In this document: positions 10,890 through 23,115 of the stretch, one piece after another
How positions within the stretch are numbered: the first letter of the stretch is position 1
How the letters are laid out: every line of letters begins with the position of its first letter
DNA from: Lama glama
Taxonomy: Eukaryota
Reading direction: 5' to 3'
NCBI GenBank assembly: GCA_028534125.1
Contig: CM052817.1
Location: forward strand, 7,566,001 to 7,629,581
DNA: 63,581 bases
Notes under the pieces: model-generated
What the model was told of the DNA's origin: nothing
Database searches by the model: none
The model's input: the letters and a program-made list of their open reading frames with translations, nothing else
Translations under genes and position numbers: made by a program

Positions 10890-13409
10890 GTTAATCTTGA
10901 GGATTTTGAGTAATTTATCCAAGGATACAGAATTGGAATGAAGTTTCATGAAAACCCACACCTGTTTGACTGCATGAGGTAATGCTTCTCCTAAAACCTT
11001 AGTTTAGCCTAGAGTCGACCAATGATTCACTGTGTGATCTGGTGTAAGTCACTCACTCGTCAAGACTCATATTTCTTATGTATAAAGTAGGCATACTCTT
11101 CAAGATATCTCTAGGGTCCCTCTCAGCTTTGACTTTTATGAAACTTTGATAATATTTTACTTATTATTTGGTTTTATTCTATTTCTAATCTGTGTTCCCA
11201 TCCTTTGAGTTTAGTAGTAATTCTAAGTATGAGCACCACAATATTGCTAATAAAAGAAAAGGTGATCTTAATTAAAATGATAAAAAGGTAGTTTGGGTTA
11301 AACATTAATAATTCAAGATTTTTAGATTTATGGCATGAAAACTATGACTATATCATTTACTTTAATTTTACTTTAATAAAATTTAGCCAACCTAAATTGA
11401 GTGCCTCCATTCTTCACGGTCTGCCACTGAAGGGAACAGTAAAAAGAATGAGGTGTAGACTGCTTTATTGAGCAAGTGTTTCGTAGACTTCCAAGAAAAA
11501 GCAGATGAAGTGATAGGACTCTAGAAAGTGCAAACAATGAGATCACTTAAGGGTTAGAAGCTTTGAGAAAGCTTCCGAAATAAAGGAGCATTTGAAACGT
11601 ATATTAAGCACATTAGCCAAGAATAATTCTTAACCTGAATCAATAATAATCACTGTAATTTTTAAGCAAAACTGCTGAATTTTTTTAACTTGATTTGAAA
11701 TCATTTGATTGTCCTTTACATTCGTTTCTATCAGTCCAAGTTCCACACGACAGCAGCATACATAGCAAGCGTCAGCACCTAGAGACAAAACGTACAGAAT
11801 TCTGACTCCAGGAGCCAAACCGAGCCAGCTCCTTGGGGGAGCGCACATTCAGAACTGGAGTGCAGCTGTAAGGCTGTTTCCCTTGACTTGTGTGGCATGG
11901 GGCTGAGTGTAAAGGCTGGGAAGTGATGTGGAACCGGAATTCAGAACGATCCAGGTCCCACTGCAGTAAAAGTCTGCCTGAGAAGCAGCTGAGTACATAA
12001 AAGCTCATAAAGGAAACCAAAACAATGATATTCCCCATTGTGTCTGTTTAGTCTTTCTGTAGAGACTCATGGGGTCCTGGCTATTATCTATTTTTAATAT
12101 CATTTGACCTGAAAATTTATGCTACCATCTGGAAAAAGAGAGACTCCCCCCCCCCCACAATGTGAATACGGGTAAAGAAAAAAGATGAAGGAAGAGTTAC
12201 AGAATGTTTAAGTCTTTCAAATCAGTAGATGTCACTCATTTCTTGACATTCCACAGATAACGCATTAGGCATTCCAACCGATTGATCAGTCTTCTTGTGT
12301 GCATCCACTCTATCCCTTATCTGGGGCCATTGAATTCTCAAATGTAAAGTAGAAATGTGGCTGTTCTTTGAAGCGGTTTTGCTAATTGTTTCATTCATTT
12401 GCTTAGAATTTGTTACCATTCCCTCCCCTTTAGTTTGAAAGAATTGGGCAATTTTGTTTCCTCTGGGACTGAACTAAAGATCTCATTGAATTCAACAGAA
12501 TCTTCACAATTCAAACATTTGATCGAGTCCCAGTGTAGGAACCTGACATATGCTGGGAATTCTGCTAGATGCCTGGGATGTAAACACAAATACTTTCTTA
12601 TCTCTTATCAATACCACCAGGGATCTCAGAGCCAGAAAGTCAAGGAAATGATGTGGAAGGCAGAGTTTTGTGTACACATGCAGGGTAGAGAGCATGTATC
12701 TTGCCCAGAGGTAACACGAAGCAGTGAGAGAGGAGGTGTAATTGGTCCAGGGAAAGATGGAGAATAGACAGCACGCAGTAATCAGAGTTCTCCTGGAGGA
12801 AACGCAGGAGTTGGTATGGACAGTAATTTGACATGTAAACAAGGGAGAAAGGTCATCACAACTCTAATTATTTCTGTTAAATAGGCCACTCAATTAAATA
12901 GGCCATTTAAACCCCATAGTAAACATCACAATATAATGCAGAAGACTCAGTTGTCCAGTGAAGCCAGCTTTCACCAAGGACTGTCACGCTCCATGTTAAG
13001 TTAAGGGGACAGTCTGTTCTCCTTCCGATGTTGCCTTCATGGGAAAAGAGCTACCACAGCACAACCTTCCTGTCAACTCTAAACCTCGAGGAAGAAGGAG
13101 TGACTACCTAACTGGTGATTTCAGGTTGAGAAACTAGGTGAGTGTGGCCCAACCCTCCTTTATCTTCAGCCATCTCTCAAATATTTACTGAATCTGACTG
13201 TCCCCTGACATCACCAGTCTGGTCATAACAAATTCTCTTATTCCAGCTGCCCCAAGAAGAAATTCCCTGAGGAAAGTGGAATATCTCTTGCCACCAGGGA
13301 TGAAGCCCTCTCCAGGAAAGTCTACTTATTCTCAAATAACCCAGGGAACACTTCAAGAAACCCAGGTGATCTCTTTGGTTCCCTTTGCCTTCCAAATTAT
13401 GTCTCCTCC

Positions 13410-15610
13410 ATGTTCCTTAAAAAACCCAAGGTTCTTGGATGCTTGTGACACCAGATTTTAATATCCACTTCCTTTTACCACTGTCACCCTCTGAGGATCC
13501 CCATTAATTCCTTCATGTTCATTGATTGTCTTAGCACCTGACTCCCTGTATTCTTTTCCACTCTTAGTGACTTCCTTGTTTATACAGATGACCCACACCA
13601 GTGTCTCCCCATACCACAACCACCCACTTTCATGGTTATGAAAATTGCACCACCTCTGAAATATCAAATTCAAGCACACTTACCATCATTCCAGATTCTC
13701 TTCTCCTATGATCCATCTTCTTTCTCCACCTGTTTTTCACTTCCCTCTTAGCAACTGGACTCCATAGTCTGTCTTATAATTACTATTTACTATTATAAAT
13801 ATAAATATATTGCTTTTCCCTCTGGCTTTTCCTTTATTCCTGCAAAAATTCCAGTTCTGGGTAAAGAAAAGAATAGTTTATTTCTCTTCATGCACCTAAG
13901 TAGTGGACGGTTGCTAGAGAAAAAGACAAAATCATGCTGATTTATCTTATATTCTATTAATAATCAAAATTCTGAGATTCTCAGTATTGCCCCCCAAAAT
14001 CTAATGTATTTCCCAAGTATATTTGCTTTTCTGATCTCCAAAATATTATTTCACTGCTCCTTTCTTTTCTCGAGACTCCTAGAAGCATTCCTGCCCTCAT
14101 TCTCACCTGACAACCTTGCCTCTTCCTTATTGACACAATTAAGAGGAGCTCCTTCATTTTGCCTCCAGCAAAGTCATTTTTTTCTGTCCTCCTTCCTGGT
14201 GCAGTAGACAGAGTCCCTGCTTCCATCAAAGGCCAGTGGCAATCTCCTACTTTATAGCACAGGGAACTATCTTCCACACCTTATAACAGCCTATAATGGG
14301 AAAGAATATGAAAATAAATATACATCTTTTTTTTTAAAAAAGGCCAATGGACCCACTTTTCTCTGAATCCCATCTCTTTTCTCCTTCTCCTTCTCTTTAT
14401 CTGCCTGTCCTCTCATTAAGAATCCCCTGCATCATGAATGTCTTCATTTCTATTGGGCCATCGCTATGAGCAACTATACATGATTTATTTAGCACGTTAT
14501 TTGTTTAAAAATTTTCCTGTCTCGAACATGCATCCCCCTCCCATTATGACCCTGCAAAATTATTCTCTCTGCAAAATTTTACCACCAAACTTGAAATCAG
14601 TCTCTGGTAGCTGTTGCCATAACCACGACACACAGTATACCCACCATCTCCATTTCTGTTTTCACCAGTGGAACAGACTGCCCTTGCCAAGGTGACCCCC
14701 AATGTCAAATCCAATGGTCTCTTCTTCATTATTATTGAACTTGATCCCCCATCAATTTGTAATACATTTGACAATTCCATTCTCTTTTAAATACTTACTT
14801 CTCTTGGAATTTGTGACGCTTGACTGTTCTAGATTTACTCCTAATTCACTTGCCTCTTTTATGAGTCTTTTGATGGCACTCCACATGCTGGCTTCTCTTT
14901 TCTCTGTCCTGCACTCTCGTGGATTATCTCAACCATTCCTGTGCCATTCAACAGCATGTACTGGATAAATTTCTAGCCCTACCTCTTCGGGAAACTTCAC
15001 ACCTATATGCTCTACTTCCTTCTTTTTATTTCCATTTAGATCCTATATCATCATTCCAAACTTACCATGATCAAAGGAGAAAACATGATTTTTTTTTCTT
15101 CCAAATCTGCTGATTCCCCAAATGCTCTCATCTGACTGAATGACTGCAGGAGTCCCATATTTTCCAAGCGAAAAATCTAGGAGTTAGATTAATTCCTCTC
15201 TTTCCAAGTCTGATATCAGCAAGTCTTGTTAAATTTACTACTTTATAGCATAACCCAGTCCATTCAGTCCTCACTATCTTCACTAGAAATAATAATCTTT
15301 TGGCCATCATTATCTCTCATCTGACTATGCAAATAGTCTCCTAACCCATGTCTTATCTTTTCTCACATCCTCTTACATTTTGTTCCTGAGGCAGTGGGCA
15401 AAATGATACTTTCCATATTTAATATTCCCCCACTAAAACCTTCCCACAAGTCCTTATCTTATTCTAACCCACAAAGCCCTGTATTACCTGAGTCCTGCCT
15501 ACTTCTTCTTCTTTCATAACATTATTCTCCTAACACTTCAGTCTGAACTCAGATGTCTTCTTCCTGTTTTACCTGGAATTCTAAACTCACTCACTCCTTA
15601 GAAACTTTGC
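13410..15610. mobile_element. L2 LINE relic (several fragments)
   Basis: Pyrimidine-rich L2 motifs: cttgccaaggtgaccccc...aatccaatggtc, gccatcattatctctcatctgact, cacaaagccctgtattacctg. Confidence 0.65.
14240..14338 (+). mobile_element. About 100-bp L1 3'-UTR insertion with TSD
   Basis: tatagcacagggaactat...ataatgggaaagaatatgaaa, flanked by aaaggccagtgg (14228-14239) and aaaggccaatgg (14339-14350). Confidence 0.85.
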
Positions 15611-15854
15611 CTCATGATTGCATTTGCACTCCTGTTCTGTAAAGAAACTACCTGAATCAAAAGATTTTTGCTTTTTCTCTCTTCTTAAAACATTGAAGTT
15701 TAAAGTTCTTCTTTAAGCACACACATATAAACATGTATAATTTCATATAAATAAATAAGTGAGATTGTCATAAGTGTTGAGTTTTTTCTAGGTGTTTGTT
15801 TTCCTACACTCTACCTCCATACCTCCGTATCAGAAAGGCTGGACAGCATGATCA

Positions 15855-16350
15855 ATTGATAATAAAAATAGCACAATTCTTCATTCTTCTCTGTATCTGC
15901 ACTCTCTGCAATACGTCTCTGCAGCCTCTCTCTACACCAGATGGTATTTGTTTCCTATGCTTTGAATCCTTGTGACTTACCGTGACCAACAGAATGTGGC
16001 AGAAGTGATGATGCACAGATTCTACTTAGGTCTCAAGTGGTTGTCCTTCCTTTTGCTCTCTTGAGCTAATGTGGCTGCCATATGAACAGCCTGAGCTAAT
16101 CTTTCAGATAAAGAGAGACCAAATGGAAGGGCCTCACCCTAGACCAGCCATCCTGGACCGTCTAGCCCCAGCTGACACATCTGCTGACCTCAAATACATG
16201 AACGAGCTCACTTGAGACCAGTGTAGCCTGGGATGGACCTGAAGAACCAGCTGATCTATGGACTCGTGAGCAATAATGAATGTTCACTCTGTAAAGCCAT
16301 GAGTTTTTGAGATCATTTATAATCCATGATAATTGTGGCTACAGAAAACA
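15855..16350 (+). mobile_element. MaLR LTR (MLT1F/G-like)
   Basis: gtgacttaccgtgaccaacagaatgtggcagaagtgatg...ccccagctgac...gtaaagccatgagttttt. Confidence 0.7.
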
Positions 16351-16719
16351 GATTCAATCAGATAAAGGGAAACCACTCTATGTATCTTACCGGAAGGAGA
16401 TTTATCTCAAGGGGTTAGATGTTTCCAAAACCACTGGAGGGTGAAAGTTGGGTAGAACCATGACTGGTTTTTAGGAAATAAGCAAATGCAGGAATCACAA
16501 GAACCATTCGTTAATCATCTTAGCTGCTTGCCCACCAAAGGACATGATACTCAGGAACTTTCTAAGAAGCCATAGCAAAATTTACAATGCAGCCTGTCCA
16601 CATACCTGACAGGTTCTCCCGGTGGAGAATAAGGGCTTTTCTTTCTTTTCTTCTTCCAGATAGTGTGCAAATGTCTCTCATTTTCAGAGTCTAAACTGAC
16701 AGGGTGCAGATTGTTGAGA

Positions 16720-16865
16720 TTAGCAACATACGATGTTCTTCACCAACCTTCTTCATTCACGTCTTTCGTTTCTTCAGTTAACTTATGTAAATAATTTATA
16801 TACCCTTCTGTATTGTCTCCATGGTTATATAATCGTATGGAGACACCTATGTGCATATACATATA

Positions 16866-16911
<46 letters not shown>

Positions 16912-17570
16912 TACATGTACCTATAAACATATAGGGCAATGTTGTCACTGTTTTATGAAAACAGAAACATATTGTGCATATTACACTGATTCTTGCTTTT
17001 CATTCAAAAAATATTGTGAAATGCCTCCTAGTGAACTAGTACGGCCTTGATTTACTCCTTTCGTTAGAGTATTGTATCCCATGGTAGAGGTAACTTAGTC
17101 AAGTTCTCAACTGTTAATAAACATTCAATATTTCTATTTTTCTCAGTCTGAAGAGTCTGCAATAGATTTATTTACATGCACATCTTTATATGCATTGCTA
17201 TTTAATTGTTACAGAATGTGTTCCAAGGAGTGACACTGCTGGCTTAAAAATTATACATATATTGATTAGTAATAAATGTTGCCTGTATGCATTCCTCAAA
17301 AAGCGTAATAATTCATACCCACCCATTATGTGTGAATATACTTTTTCTCTGTATCCTCAAAAAATAAACATTATTATTATGTATATAATGCATTGTATGA
17401 TATATACTACATGTGATACATGTGTCTATGTCTTGGACTAATTATGGAAAGTAATGTGTTGTGTACTCTAGTCTGCATTTACACAACCACAAGGGAATTT
17501 GAGCTTTCTTACATGTGCCTGTTAATCGTTTGGATTTGCCATTGACTTGTATATATTAATTGCTTTTACA
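16720..17570 (-). mobile_element. Old L1 (L1ME-like) 3' relic
   Basis: gtattgtatcccatggtag, ttccaaggagtgacactgctgg, tctagtctgcattt. Confidence 0.5.
16855..16911. repeat. (TA)n(CA)n compound microsatellite
   Basis: Direct run. Confidence 0.9.
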
Positions 17571-19294
17571 AATGTTTTAAGAATGCAGGCCCTGAGCTAC
17601 AGTGCCTGTGGTTGAATCCCACGAGATGGTTCTTTCTTGTTTTTTCTTTTTTGAATTACGTTTATCAGACCTTGTTATTAGGTTGCTGACTTCATACACT
17701 TACTTTAGGACGTGTCCACGATTCTCATTACCTTAGATGCTGAGGAAACGTGGGAATTCAGTTGGCGTCTCCTACAAGTTATTAAAGATGAAAACAGAAG
17801 TGGAAGGAATATACGATCACCTCACGCTTGTGCCCTTTCCTCTTCAGCTACTACAGCTTTGAGAGCTTGGTTCTCATTCTGCTGTTTGGTCAGAATCCTT
17901 CCTTTAGTAATTTCTTCAGTGGTAGGAGTGAGTAGCAGGCTCTGAATCTCTCAATAGCTGCGAATGCCTTGCCTTTGATCAGGAAGCTCTGGGTACATGA
18001 GTAAGAGCATGAGTTCTTTTCTCATCAGTATATGTAGATGGCATTCCGTCATCTTCTGTTTTCCCTTCTTTCATGTAAGCTGCCCAGTTAACAAACAGAT
18101 TTGTTTTCCTTTCAGCTAAATTGCTCTCTGTGTCTGGAAAATCTTCTCATCTTTATCCTGAAAATTCATAAATTTTATCAGGCTATGTCTAAATATCTTT
18201 TTTTTTTCATCAAACCTCCCTTTTATTCTGAAGACTCAGTTGCTTTTTCAAATCAAGAAAATTTCTCCCTATCAAGATCATTCCCTGTCCTACATACGTC
18301 TATTAGATGCTATGCAGAAATCTTAATATTTGCATCTTAGGTCTTCTTATCGCTTATCATTTCCCTTATGATTTCTGTCTCTTTGAGGTTTGCTATGTGC
18401 ATGCAGGCAGTTCTTTCATCTAGTTATCTAGGTCACAAGTTCAGATTTTGACAGTATCTGCTCCTTTTTTTTTGTCTTTTCAGTTTGCCTATTAATTTTT
18501 GTTGTTACTGTTCAAAAGCATGACTTTTGCTGCACGAAAATCCTGAAATGCTCTTATAGGTTCAAGTCGTTGGCTGCCTCCAGCAATTCTGTTTTGCTCT
18601 GTTCCTGATTTGGTGGATCAGAGGTCCCTCTTCTCTGGTAGGTAGACCTCCTGAAAAGTGTATTTGTGTGTGTGTGGTGTTTGTTGGAGTTTGCTACTGG
18701 TCCTATGCGGCAGCAAGGAAAGATAAACACTCCCCACTTCCATGGCTGGAGTAGGTGGCAGCAAGCCTGCAGCCAGTCTCCTACTGGCACCCCAGAGGAA
18801 GGGCTCCTTCCCGCTCCCTGGTCTTCCTGAATCCTCCCAGCCCCAGAATCAGGAGGCTCAGCCCGCCTCATGAACTGCTTTCCCACGTCATGGTAAGGGA
18901 AGGACAGAGTACACTAACAGGAGGGAGATGTTTATTTCCCCCACAGCATCCCTTAGAGCGCTGCGGTCCAGGCTCTCCCCAGGATTTTCAGCATTTCAGT
19001 CCTTGCTGTAGGGCTTTCCACTGGTCCTCCTCCAGCTTTATCCAATCTGTGTTTAAAACATTTTGCTTCTTCTCTCCTCACCAGGTTGTCAGCGAAGCTA
19101 AGGATTTTCTCATTGCCTGTTGCTCCCAGACTCCTTGACTCAGGGCAGTTACATAGATCAGGTTGGGAGCAGAGAAGATGAAAATGCACTCGGCTCCTCA
19201 TCTCCTCCAAGTCCTCCAAAAGATTGCTTTGTAAATTAGGTGATGCCAAAGATTAATTGCTAGTTTCTCAGTCACTCTTCCTTGCATCAACCTG

Positions 19295-20092
19295 GGGTCT
19301 TCAAACGAGTAGCTGTTTATGTTTATTACCTGGTTTCTCTCTCAAGAATGTAAGCCCCATGAAGGCAGAGGCTTGGGTGACTGGGTTTTCTCCTGTACCT
19401 CATCTACCGCATCCCCAAACCTGCTCAGCCTACAGCTGCCTTCATCATAGCTGATGGCCACACCGAACACTCAGTTGTGCAGGTGAAAAAAATGTGGACT
19501 CATTCTTAACCACTACCTTTCTCTCTCATTCATCAGCCAAATCCATCAGAAAATCTATAGGCTCCATCTTCAAAAGATATGCATAACCTAGCCACCGCCT
19601 CCCACGTTCATGACTGCCCTCGGGTTCTAGCCACTATCATCTCCCTCCTAGATTATTAAAATGGTCTCCTCTCTGGCAACCAAGTTCAACTCTTGCTCCT
19701 CACATTCAGCACAGCAGCTAGAGCTGTCCTTTTACAACGTAAGCTGCTCTCTTAACAAACAAACAAATGAGCATATCCACTGAAAATGTGCAGTGGACCC
19801 CATGTCATTCGGAGTAAGAGCTGACATCATTATAACGACACCCCAAGGTCTCCAAAATCTGAGTCTCATGACTTTTCTGATCTCACGCCTTGTTTTTAAT
19901 TTGTTTTTCACTCTGCTCAGCCATACTGATTCCTAACTAGCCTTTCAGCTTGCCAGGGGTATTCCTGACTTGTGTTTTGCACTGACTCTTTTCTCTGCCT
20001 AGAACGTTCTTCCCCCAAATATCCACATAACATCCTCATCGCACCAGGATTTTACTCAGATGTCATCTTCTCAATGAAATGTACTCTGACCA
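19295..20092. mobile_element. L2 relic, continuing at 21600-21850 after an L1 insertion
   Basis: gaatgtaagccccatgaaggcag, ctccatcttcaaaa, cagcacagcagctagag, ctcagatgtcatcttctcaatg. Confidence 0.7.
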
Positions 20093-21600
20093 GTTTTTTT
20101 TTCCTTTTTGACAGCTTCATTGAGGTATCATTAATTTATTTTAAAAAAATCACCCATATTTGAACTATACAATTACATAAGTTGACATAAGAACAGACCT
20201 GGGGAGTCAATCATCACCACAAACAAGCCAGTGAACATATTCAGCTCCCCGCAAAGTTTCCTCGTCTCCTTCTAACCTCTCCCTTTCACTCCTCTTACTC
20301 ACCCCTGATCTTTCTTTCCATCCCCAGGGAAATATTGCTCTGCTTTCTTTAACAATAGATTCGTTTGCATTTTCTGGAATTTTATGTAAATGAATCATAC
20401 ACTATGTACTCTTTCTGACTGACTGTTTTCACTGAGTTTCATTATTTCGAGATCCATCCATGTTATTGTGTGTAATTTTGCTGTGTAATTTCCCATTGTA
20501 TTGATAAGCTGTTGACCTATTGATGAACATTTGAGTTCTTACCAGAATTTGGCTATTATCAAAAAGGAAAAAAAAGCTGCTATAAACATTTGTGTTCAAG
20601 TCTTGTATGTACACGTATGCTTTCTTTTGTTTGGGGCAGATATCTAAGAGTAGAATGGCTGAGTCGTATGGTATATGGATGCTTAACTTTGTAAGGAACT
20701 GTTAAATTGTCCTCCAGAGTGGATATACCATTTCACATCCCAGTAATACCAGTACTGTATGAGTTCCAGTTTCACTACTTCCTTGCCAACATTTGGTATG
20801 TTTATTTAATCTTTTAAATTTTAGCCATTCCAATAGATATATACTATTCTCTCATTGTGGGTTTAATTTATGTTTCTCTAATGACTAATGACATTGAGTA
20901 TTTTTTCATGTGCTTGTTTGCCATCTGCATATCTTCTGTAAAATTTTTGTTCAAAGTTTTTTTAATTAGATTAATTGGGTTTTTAATTGTACCATTTAAT
21001 TGGGTTATTTCTTATTATTGAGTTTTGATATTTCTTTATATATTCTGGCTATATATATACACATATATTTACTAGATATATGACTCGTAAAAATTTCTCC
21101 TAGTCCATGGCATTTCATTCCCTTTAAAGTGTCTTTTGAAACAGAAGGGTTTTTTTTTCCAATTTTGATAAAATCCAATTTATAAATTAGTTCTCTTATG
21201 GGTTGTGCTTTCAGTATCATATCTAAGAAATCTATTAACTTTGAAGTCACAACAGTTTTCGCCTGTTTTGTTCTAGAATTTTTATAATTTTAAGTTTTAG
21301 ACTGAAGTATACGACCTATTTTGAGTTTTTTTTCTTAATATGGTACTATTATCAATTCAATTTTACTTTTTATGTACATGGATAACTGTTTTAGCACAAT
21401 TTGCTGAAAAGGAAATATTTTCTGCATAAAGTTCTTTTGCATCTACGTCAAGAATCAGTTGTCCATTTATGTGTGGGTCTGGTTTTGGGTTCCATTCCAT
21501 TACATATTTTCTGTCTTGTGTTAATGCCACATTTACCTGATTGTGATAGCTTTATGCATCTTGAAATCTTGTTGTGTCAGTTCAATTTCTTCTTCATGAT
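20093..21600 (-). mobile_element. L1MC/L1MD-type 3' portion interrupting the L2
   Basis: Poly-T start; ttgacagcttcattgaggtat; tttgcattttctggaattttatgtaaatg; ttagccattccaatag; ORF 21005-21250 resembles L1 ORF2 (LDFIKI...IARIYKE). Confidence 0.85.
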
Positions 21601-21850
21601 CACCCTTTTGAAATTAAAATCCGCACTACCCTCCCTTCTTTATTTTTTTCTTTTATATTTTGCACATATTACCTTTTAACATATTACATGGTTTATGTAT
21701 TTCATATGTAAAGCCCCCACCAGCATGTCAGCTCAATGAGGGAAGGGACTTTTTACATTTTCTTTTAATTACTGATAGATCCCAAGTGCTTAGACCAGTG
21801 CTTAACACATGCTAAGTTTTTAGTATCTATTTGTTGAAAGAGTGAATATA
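21600..21850 (+). mobile_element. L2 3' end
   Basis: atgtcagctcaatgagggaagggact...cccaagtgcttagaccagtgctt...atttgttgaaagagtgaat. Confidence 0.75.
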
Positions 21851-22574
21851 GAATCAGACCTTTTAAAGGCTGAGGAAGATCTTGGATACCATTACATCCT
21901 ATCCCCATGTCTGAAGATAATAAGTGCAAAAACAGAGGAGAGGAAATACAAAGTCAGTGCTCACTCGGCTATGTAACGGGGGAGTCCCTCCTTAATCCCT
22001 GAGCCTCACTTTCAATCTTTGCTGCCTCTCATCCAAGCAATACTAAACTATTCTTGGCTTTACCAATGTGTCCTGCATCACATGTGTTTGCATTTTCTCA
22101 TGGCCTGTCACGTCTATGAAATGCACTTCTCTTTCCCTTTGTTCTACCAATTCAAGTGCCACCTCTCCTGGAAGATCCTCTCGCACACCCAAATCTGACT
22201 TAGATTCCCCATCTTTCAGCCTCTGTGGTCCTCAAGGAAGGAGTGTGAGCCACAGGTTCACTTATTTTCTGTACAAGACAATGCTCTCTGTGAAGGCAGA
22301 GGATCTTATATAACTTTATATAACTGATTATTCATAATGACTGTACCATTCTTGGCTTGCAGTGTGCTCTGTCAAATTAATACATTTCTACAAGTCTATC
22401 TTCTGACTTTCAGAGAATGATTGAAATTGATCCCCACTCCATGCCATACTTATAAGCTAGTCTATTTTATGTGTATTTGTATGAATGCAGGTGTGTATTT
22501 GTCATTGTTATTACATCATTTCAAGTTTTATCTTAACCATTAGATAGGTCTAACGAAGGTGAAAGTGATTTCTT

Positions 22575-22990
22575 TCCATTATAGGTTTTTACAAAACATT
22601 GAATTTAATTCCCTGAACTATTCAGTAAATCCTTGTTGTTTATCTATTTTATGTATAGTAGTGTGTATCTGCCAATCCCAATCTCCCAATTTATCCCTCC
22701 CCCTTCCCTTTCCTCTTTGGTAACCATAAGTTTGTTTCCTATGTCTATGAGTCCAGTTCTGTTTTGTACATAGATTCATTTGTATTATTTTTTAGATTCC
22801 ATGTATAAGTGATATATAACATTTGTCTTTCTCTGTCTGACTTACTTTACTTAGTATGATAGTCTCTTGAGCCATCCGTGTTGCTGCAAATGGCAATATT
22901 TCATTATTTTTAATGACTGAGCAATATTCCATTGTACATGTATATATATATATACACATTCCATATCCATACATATACATATATATCCCA
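22575..22990 (-). mobile_element. Cetartiodactyl L1 3' end
   Basis: tttggtaaccataagtttgtt...tttagattccatgtataagtgata...ccatccgtgttgctgcaaatggc. Confidence 0.9.
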
Positions 22991-23009
22991 TTGTATGTGC
23001 GTGTGTGTG

Positions 23010-23115
23010 TTCAATCCTAGTGAATTCAAGTTTCTGAGATTAAGATTCAGAAATGTGAATTTTTAACAATTTCCTGAGTTTGTTTTTATGCACATCATAG
23101 TGTATGCATCATTGT
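23010..23115. mobile_element. MER5-like hAT-Charlie relic
   Basis: cagaaatgtgaatttttaacaatttcctgag...tatgcaca. Confidence 0.4.

Noticed and set aside
12877..12906. Short local duplications (ttaaataggcca twice; similar at about 30971 and 51274)
   Set aside because: Ordinary slippage or tandem duplications of 11-13 bp with no further structure
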